64,000 bases of DNA, from assembly GCA_963666205.1 (NCBI GenBank), contig OY762654.1:2377536-2441535 (forward strand), written 5' to 3'. The stretch is from Synergistales bacterium. GTDB taxonomy: Bacteria; Synergistota; Synergistia; Synergistales; JAFGMB01. Shown piece after piece: positions 59,663 to 64,000 of the stretch (position 1 is its first letter; every line of letters starts with the position of its first letter). The notes beneath the pieces are model-generated. The model did not search any database and was not told the DNA's origin. It saw only the letters and a program-made list of their open reading frames with translations. The position numbers and the translations under genes are program-made.

Positions 59663-60640
59663 ATGATCCTGGTAACAGGAGGAGCTGGATACATAGGAAG
59701 CCACGTTGTTCTCGAACTTGTAAGAACAGGAAAGGAAGTTATCGTTTTAGATAACCTGAGCCGGGGCCATAAAGAACTTGCCTTCGGAGATGTTTTTGAG
59801 GAGGGGGACCTGCAGAATTTTTCATTCGTAGATCAAGTATTTAAAAAATATAATGTCGAAGCAGTTGTCCATTTTGCCGCCAGCAGCCTGGTCGGTGAAT
59901 CCATGACAAGCCCCGAAGATTATTATTACAACAATATCTTTGGATCCCTCAATCTCCTTCGGGCCATGCGTATGAACGATGTGCACCGAATAGTCTTTTC
60001 ATCTACTGCAGCGGTCTATGGAGAACCCGAAAATATCCCCATTTCAGAATCGGAAGAACTGATCCCGACAAATGTTTATGGAGAAACCAAGCTCTTCATA
60101 GAAAGCATGCTTGAAAGATACAGTCATGCCTATGGTTTGAATAGTATAGCTTTTCGGTATTTCAATGCTGCGGGCGCGGATGCTGAAGGAAGAACAGGAG
60201 AGGACCATATCCCGGAAACACATCTTATCCCCATTATCCTGGATGTAGCTCTGGGCAAACGAGAGAACATTACTGTCTTTGGAAATGACTATTCCACTTC
60301 CGATGGGACCTGTATAAGGGATTACATTCATGTTACTGACCTTGCCAGTGCCCATGTCCTTGGTCTTGAAAAACTGCTTTCAGGACAACAGGGGAGGAAC
60401 AGTTATAACCTGGGTAACGGAAAGGGGTATTCCGTATTCCAGATCATAGAAAGTGTCAGAGAGGTTACTCAAAAGAAAATTCCAGTAGTGGAAGGGAAAA
60501 GAAGGCAGGGAGATCCGGCAGTTCTTGTTGCATCATCAGCAAAGGCTGAAAGTCAACTTGGCTGGGTCCAGAAACATACCGACATAAAGGAGATCGTCTC
60601 CACCGCCTGGAACTGGCATCAGAGACGTTTTTCTAAGTGA
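59663..60640 (+). CDS. galE: UDP-glucose 4-epimerase
   Basis: TGGAGYIGSH, HFAA..VGES, YGETK, RYFNAAGA, DGTCIRDYIHV. Confidence 0.95.
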   Translation: MILVTGGAGYIGSHVVLELVRTGKEVIVLDNLSRGHKELAFGDVFEEGDLQNFSFVDQVFKKYNVEAVVHFAASSLVGESMTSPEDYYYNNIFGSLNLLRAMRMNDVHRIVFSSTAAVYGEPENIPISESEELIPTNVYGETKLFIESMLERYSHAYGLNSIAFRYFNAAGADAEGRTGEDHIPETHLIPIILDVALGKRENITVFGNDYSTSDGTCIRDYIHVTDLASAHVLGLEKLLSGQQGRNSYNLGNGKGYSVFQIIESVREVTQKKIPVVEGKRRQGDPAVLVASSAKAESQLGWVQKHTDIKEIVSTAWNWHQRRFSK

Positions 60641-60702
60641 TTTACGTGAAAATGGTGTAAATATTCATAGCCAGGGAAATCATCATGCATGAGCAGGTAT
60701 TA

Positions 60703-60738
60703 ATACAGGATGGGTTTACACCCATCCTGTATGTTTTT
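60703..60738 (+). terminator. Intrinsic terminator between convergent genes
   Basis: ATACAGGATGGGT-TTAC-ACCCATCCTGTAT then GTTTTT. Confidence 0.8.
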
Positions 60739-60784
60739 AAATGTCCAATAGTCCGCCCGGATCTGTTCAGGACTGTCAAAGACA

Positions 60785-62338
60785 CTAATCGCCCTTCTTT
60801 TTCAATCCCTTCATCCATTCGATACGGTAAAGATCCTGTCTTCTGCTCTGCAGGTTCCGTACGCTTCCTGTCTGCCTGAGCTCCTTTATAAGGTTGACGT
60901 CCAGATCCGCGATAAGGGTCATTTCCGTATTTGGTGTTGCTTCCGCGGCAATGGCATCATGGGGAAAGGCAAAATCAGAAGGAGTGAATACCGCAGCCTG
61001 GGAATACTGAATATCCATGTTCTCGACTTTGGGTATGTTCCCCACGCTTCCACCGATGGCGACGTAACATTCATTCTCTATTGCTCTTGCCTGGGAACAC
61101 CGCCTTATCCGCAGGTAAGCATTTTTGGTATCAGTCCAGAAGGGGATAAAGAGTATGTTCATTCCCTGTTCGGCCAGATAGCGGGGAAGTTCAGGAAACT
61201 CCACGTCGTAACATATAAGGATGCCGATCTTTCCCACATCTGTATCGAAAACCTTCAGCTGATCTCCTCCCTGCAGACCCCAGAATTTGTATTCATCAGG
61301 AGTTATATGCAGTTTGTACTGCTGGTCCCATGTTCCGTTCCTCCGGAGAAGAAAGCAGACATTGTGGAGTTTGTTATCCTTGTATTCCGGAACGCTACCT
61401 GAAATGATATTTATGTTATAGCTTACCGCCATCTTGAGAAGTTCCTCTCGAAGACTGTCAGTATGTTCAGCCAGCGATCTCATGGCTTCTGCCGCATCCT
61501 CCTGGTCGTAATGGGCTATCAGGGGCAGGTTGAATAGTTCAGGGAACATTACAACATCTGCGTTATAGCTGGCCAGAACATCTACAAAGAATTCAACCTG
61601 GTGAAGAAATTCCTCAAAGGAATCAAAAAGTCTCATCTGCCACTGCACTATACCTATCCTTGCGTAGGTCTTGACCCTGGGAATAAGCCTTTTCTTTTCC
61701 TCGTAGTAAATGTTATTCCATTCAAGGATCACTCCCACTCCCCTTGACTCTTTATCTGCCGGCCAGTAATTCCTTGCGACCTTCTTGAAATGAAAATCAT
61801 TGCTCAGCTGAAAGGTAAGGACCGGATCATTTATCTCCCGGTTCTTCACCTGGAGGATGTATTGCCTGGGAGTCATTTCTTCTGCATATTCCGAATAACC
61901 CGGTATTCGTCCTCCTATGATGATACCCTTGAGGTTCAAATTCTCTGAAAGTTCTTTCCGGGCGTCATAAAGACGTCTGCCCAGCCGCATTTCCCGGTAA
62001 TCAGGATCGACGAATATGTCTATCCCGTAAAGAAAATCCCCGTCGGGATCGTGGTTCTTTAGCATTCCGTCACCAACGATCTGGCGGTAAGTATGATTAT
62101 CACCATAACTTGCGTAATCAATAATGAGGCTCAGAGCTGCTGCAGCAACCCTTCCACGATCATCTATACATATCTGTCCAGCCGGAAAGCGGCGGATCAT
62201 GGAATTGAACTGTTCCTGAGTCCAGGCTCCTCCCATGGAACCGTAGACCTTGTCCATTATCCTCTTTACATCCTCGTAATCCCCTTTTCTCAAGGGTCTC
62301 AGGTTTAAGAGGTATTCGTCCTGTATCCTGTCTGTCAT
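60785..62338 (-). CDS. Bifunctional GNAT N-acetyltransferase / carbon-nitrogen hydrolase
   Basis: N-terminal V.P.YR.MRLGRRLY.ARK; C-terminal FPE, QYKLH, ICYDVEFPE (Glu-Lys-Cys triad). Confidence 0.92.
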   Translation of the reverse strand: MTDRIQDEYLLNLRPLRKGDYEDVKRIMDKVYGSMGGAWTQEQFNSMIRRFPAGQICIDDRGRVAAAALSLIIDYASYGDNHTYRQIVGDGMLKNHDPDGDFLYGIDIFVDPDYREMRLGRRLYDARKELSENLNLKGIIIGGRIPGYSEYAEEMTPRQYILQVKNREINDPVLTFQLSNDFHFKKVARNYWPADKESRGVGVILEWNNIYYEEKKRLIPRVKTYARIGIVQWQMRLFDSFEEFLHQVEFFVDVLASYNADVVMFPELFNLPLIAHYDQEDAAEAMRSLAEHTDSLREELLKMAVSYNINIISGSVPEYKDNKLHNVCFLLRRNGTWDQQYKLHITPDEYKFWGLQGGDQLKVFDTDVGKIGILICYDVEFPELPRYLAEQGMNILFIPFWTDTKNAYLRIRRCSQARAIENECYVAIGGSVGNIPKVENMDIQYSQAAVFTPSDFAFPHDAIAAEATPNTEMTLIADLDVNLIKELRQTGSVRNLQSRRQDLYRIEWMKGLKKKGD

Positions 62339-62493
62339 TTCTCTATCACTCCCTTAAAACAGAGCAAATAAATATTCGTTTCCAGAAATTGTATCATTCA
62401 GCTCAAAACACTACCCATGTTCGTAAGATATATAACCTTGAATTGATCTTAGTAGAATAGGCTTAAGCCCATCTCTATCAAGCCCAGTTAAAA

Positions 62494-62515
62494 ATAGGAT
62501 GTGCTTCAGCGCATC
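62494..62515 (+). repeat. REP-like palindromic repeat, copy 3
   Basis: ATAGGATGTGCTTCAGCGCATC (C>T change keeps a U-G pair). Confidence 0.7.
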
Positions 62516-62615
62516 GTCGGGAAACTTTGCGACTTGGCAGTGAAAGTGGTTTATGGGGCTCAATCTGCCTTCGGGTTTCAATCCAAAATCCAAAATTGGC
62601 GATCGAAAATTGATC

Positions 62616-64000
62616 TTACCATCCACCGCCGCCTCCACCACCGCCTCCACCGCCGGAGGAACCACCTCCGCCGAAGGCGGAACTCGACCCCGGAGGTGTT
62701 GATGCAGAACTGATCGCTCCCGAAAGCCCATGGCTAAGGCTCGAGGCAAAACTGTCCGAACCATAGAAAAAATAAGGTCCTGGTCCAACGTACCATCCAG
62801 GCTGGTAATTCGAAACTTCCAGGACATGGGAGAACCTCTCTGCCCATTGTTTTTCCACATCCAGGGCAATGGCATAGGGCAGCATCTTTTCGAACTGTTC
62901 TGGTGTATCCTCGGGCATATCCACCTGGGCAAAGCGTTTGATCCGCTCCCTTTCGGCAGTCCTGAGATACATCTCGAATCCTTCGAGCTTATCCATTATT
63001 GTTCGCCCTATGGGGGTGTAATTCTTCATCCACCTGGCGAAAAGTACATTCAGAACCAGGGCTGCTATCATGGCCAGGGCAAAATAGATCGAAGTCGATC
63101 TTGCCATGATACCCATACCTGCCACCTGACCGAAAATAAAGGGAATGGAAAAAGCTCCCATAAATATGCCCCTGAAGATGGCGCTTCCCTTGTTTTTCTG
63201 AAAACCCTCTCTCAATGCCTTGTACACTCCATAAACAAGTGCTGAAACTCCCACTGTCCACATGCTCAGCCATGCTGTCATGAATCCGAAGGCCGCTATG
63301 TTCCCTCCCGAGTTTGCCAGGAAAAGACCGGCTCCGCCCATGATCAGGATGGTAAGAGCTATTCCGGTTACTACGTAGGGAATATTCTTCTTAACCAGGG
63401 GCAGGCAGTAACCTTTCAGGTCACCTACAAGGAATTTCTTTGCTTCTCTCAGAGCTTCCCGGCTCGACTGGTTGATCACCAGGGTATTCCCATAGGGGAA
63501 GAGCAGGCTCAGAAAACTGCCTTCCATCATGTTAAGACCCTCACCCTTCTCGGTTCTTTTAAGAATGTAGGTCTTGTCGGTTATCCTTGACCTGAACCGT
63601 TTCAGACTGCCCAGATGCCCATTTGCAAAAGTCCCTTCGTTGTAGTAAGAAAAGGCGCTGCCCAGTTCTTCAATAACCAGGTAACCCCGAACTGCCAGAT
63701 CTATTATGGTGGATGTGAAAGCCTCGTCGGCATAGCCCTGGTTAACAAGAAAAGAGGCAGTAGCGGGGTTAACTTTCTCAGGAGGATAGAACAGGGGAAT
63801 GATCCGTCCCGGCCGGAGGTCCTTGCCGTGGAGGAACCACACCGTAAGGTAATAGGCAAGAACAAGTATTATGGCCAGGATAGGTACATACCTTCCCACC
63901 AGTGCCATGTATTTGCCCCTGTTCATTGCCTTGTAATAACTCTCATCAGGGATCACATATCCCTTGGGCCATGCGGCAGCGATGGTAAAACCTTCTCCGG
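62616..64000 (-). CDS. DUF2207 family membrane protein (5' end outside the window)
   Basis: Frame open to the window edge (GEGFTIAAAWPKG); IIDLAVRGYL, LPYAIAL, Gly-rich tail ending GGGGW. Confidence 0.9.
   Translation of the reverse strand, partial: GEGFTIAAAWPKGYVIPDESYYKAMNRGKYMALVGRYVPILAIILVLAYYLTVWFLHGKDLRPGRIIPLFYPPEKVNPATASFLVNQGYADEAFTSTIIDLAVRGYLVIEELGSAFSYYNEGTFANGHLGSLKRFRSRITDKTYILKRTEKGEGLNMMEGSFLSLLFPYGNTLVINQSSREALREAKKFLVGDLKGYCLPLVKKNIPYVVTGIALTILIMGGAGLFLANSGGNIAAFGFMTAWLSMWTVGVSALVYGVYKALREGFQKNKGSAIFRGIFMGAFSIPFIFGQVAGMGIMARSTSIYFALAMIAALVLNVLFARWMKNYTPIGRTIMDKLEGFEMYLRTAERERIKRFAQVDMPEDTPEQFEKMLPYAIALDVEKQWAERFSHVLEVSNYQPGWYVGPGPYFFYGSDSFASSLSHGLSGAISSASTPPGSSSAFGGGGSSGGGGGGGGGGGW

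Noticed and set aside
56967-62515. Repeated 22-29 nt palindromes as a CRISPR array
   Set aside because: Copies are kilobases apart with whole genes between them; no cas genes.
62616-62700. CCACCGCC low-complexity repeats
   Set aside because: They encode the normal Gly-rich C-terminus of DUF2207 proteins.
62411-62932. 173-aa minus-strand ORF, and the many other antisense or alternate-frame ORFs (e.g. 13651-14370, 21794-22507, 26495-27265, 55753-56433)
   Set aside because: They overlap well-supported genes and show no motifs or RBS; shadow ORFs.

Overview
Chromosomal, non-mobile segment of an anaerobic bacterium (moderate GC). The gene set and protein styles suggest Synergistota (inference). 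It carries about 45 genes: a peptide ABC transporter, archease-rtcB, yhaO-yhaN, a CheR/hybrid kinase/HD-GYP/GGDEF-EAL signalling block, gyrB, addAB, iorAB, rpoD, wbpP-like/galE and assorted enzymes. I saw no tRNA, rRNA, CRISPR array, transposase or phage gene. The main result is missed by the ORF track: two tandem paralogous small genes (43719-44111 and 44215-44598). Each has an N-terminal export/anchor signal, an in-frame TGA at the same aligned position, continued homology after the TGA, and a same-register, covarying SECIS-like hairpin. They are therefore probably a pair of exported HesB-like selenoproteins with no partner cysteine next to the Sec. Other notable items: a circularly permuted family-5 solute-binding protein, a ~170-nt rod-like 6S-like RNA directly upstream of rpoD, a probable CC-adding (split CCA) tRNA nucleotidyltransferase, and three copies of a REP-like palindrome. 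All family assignments come from motif recognition, not database searches.
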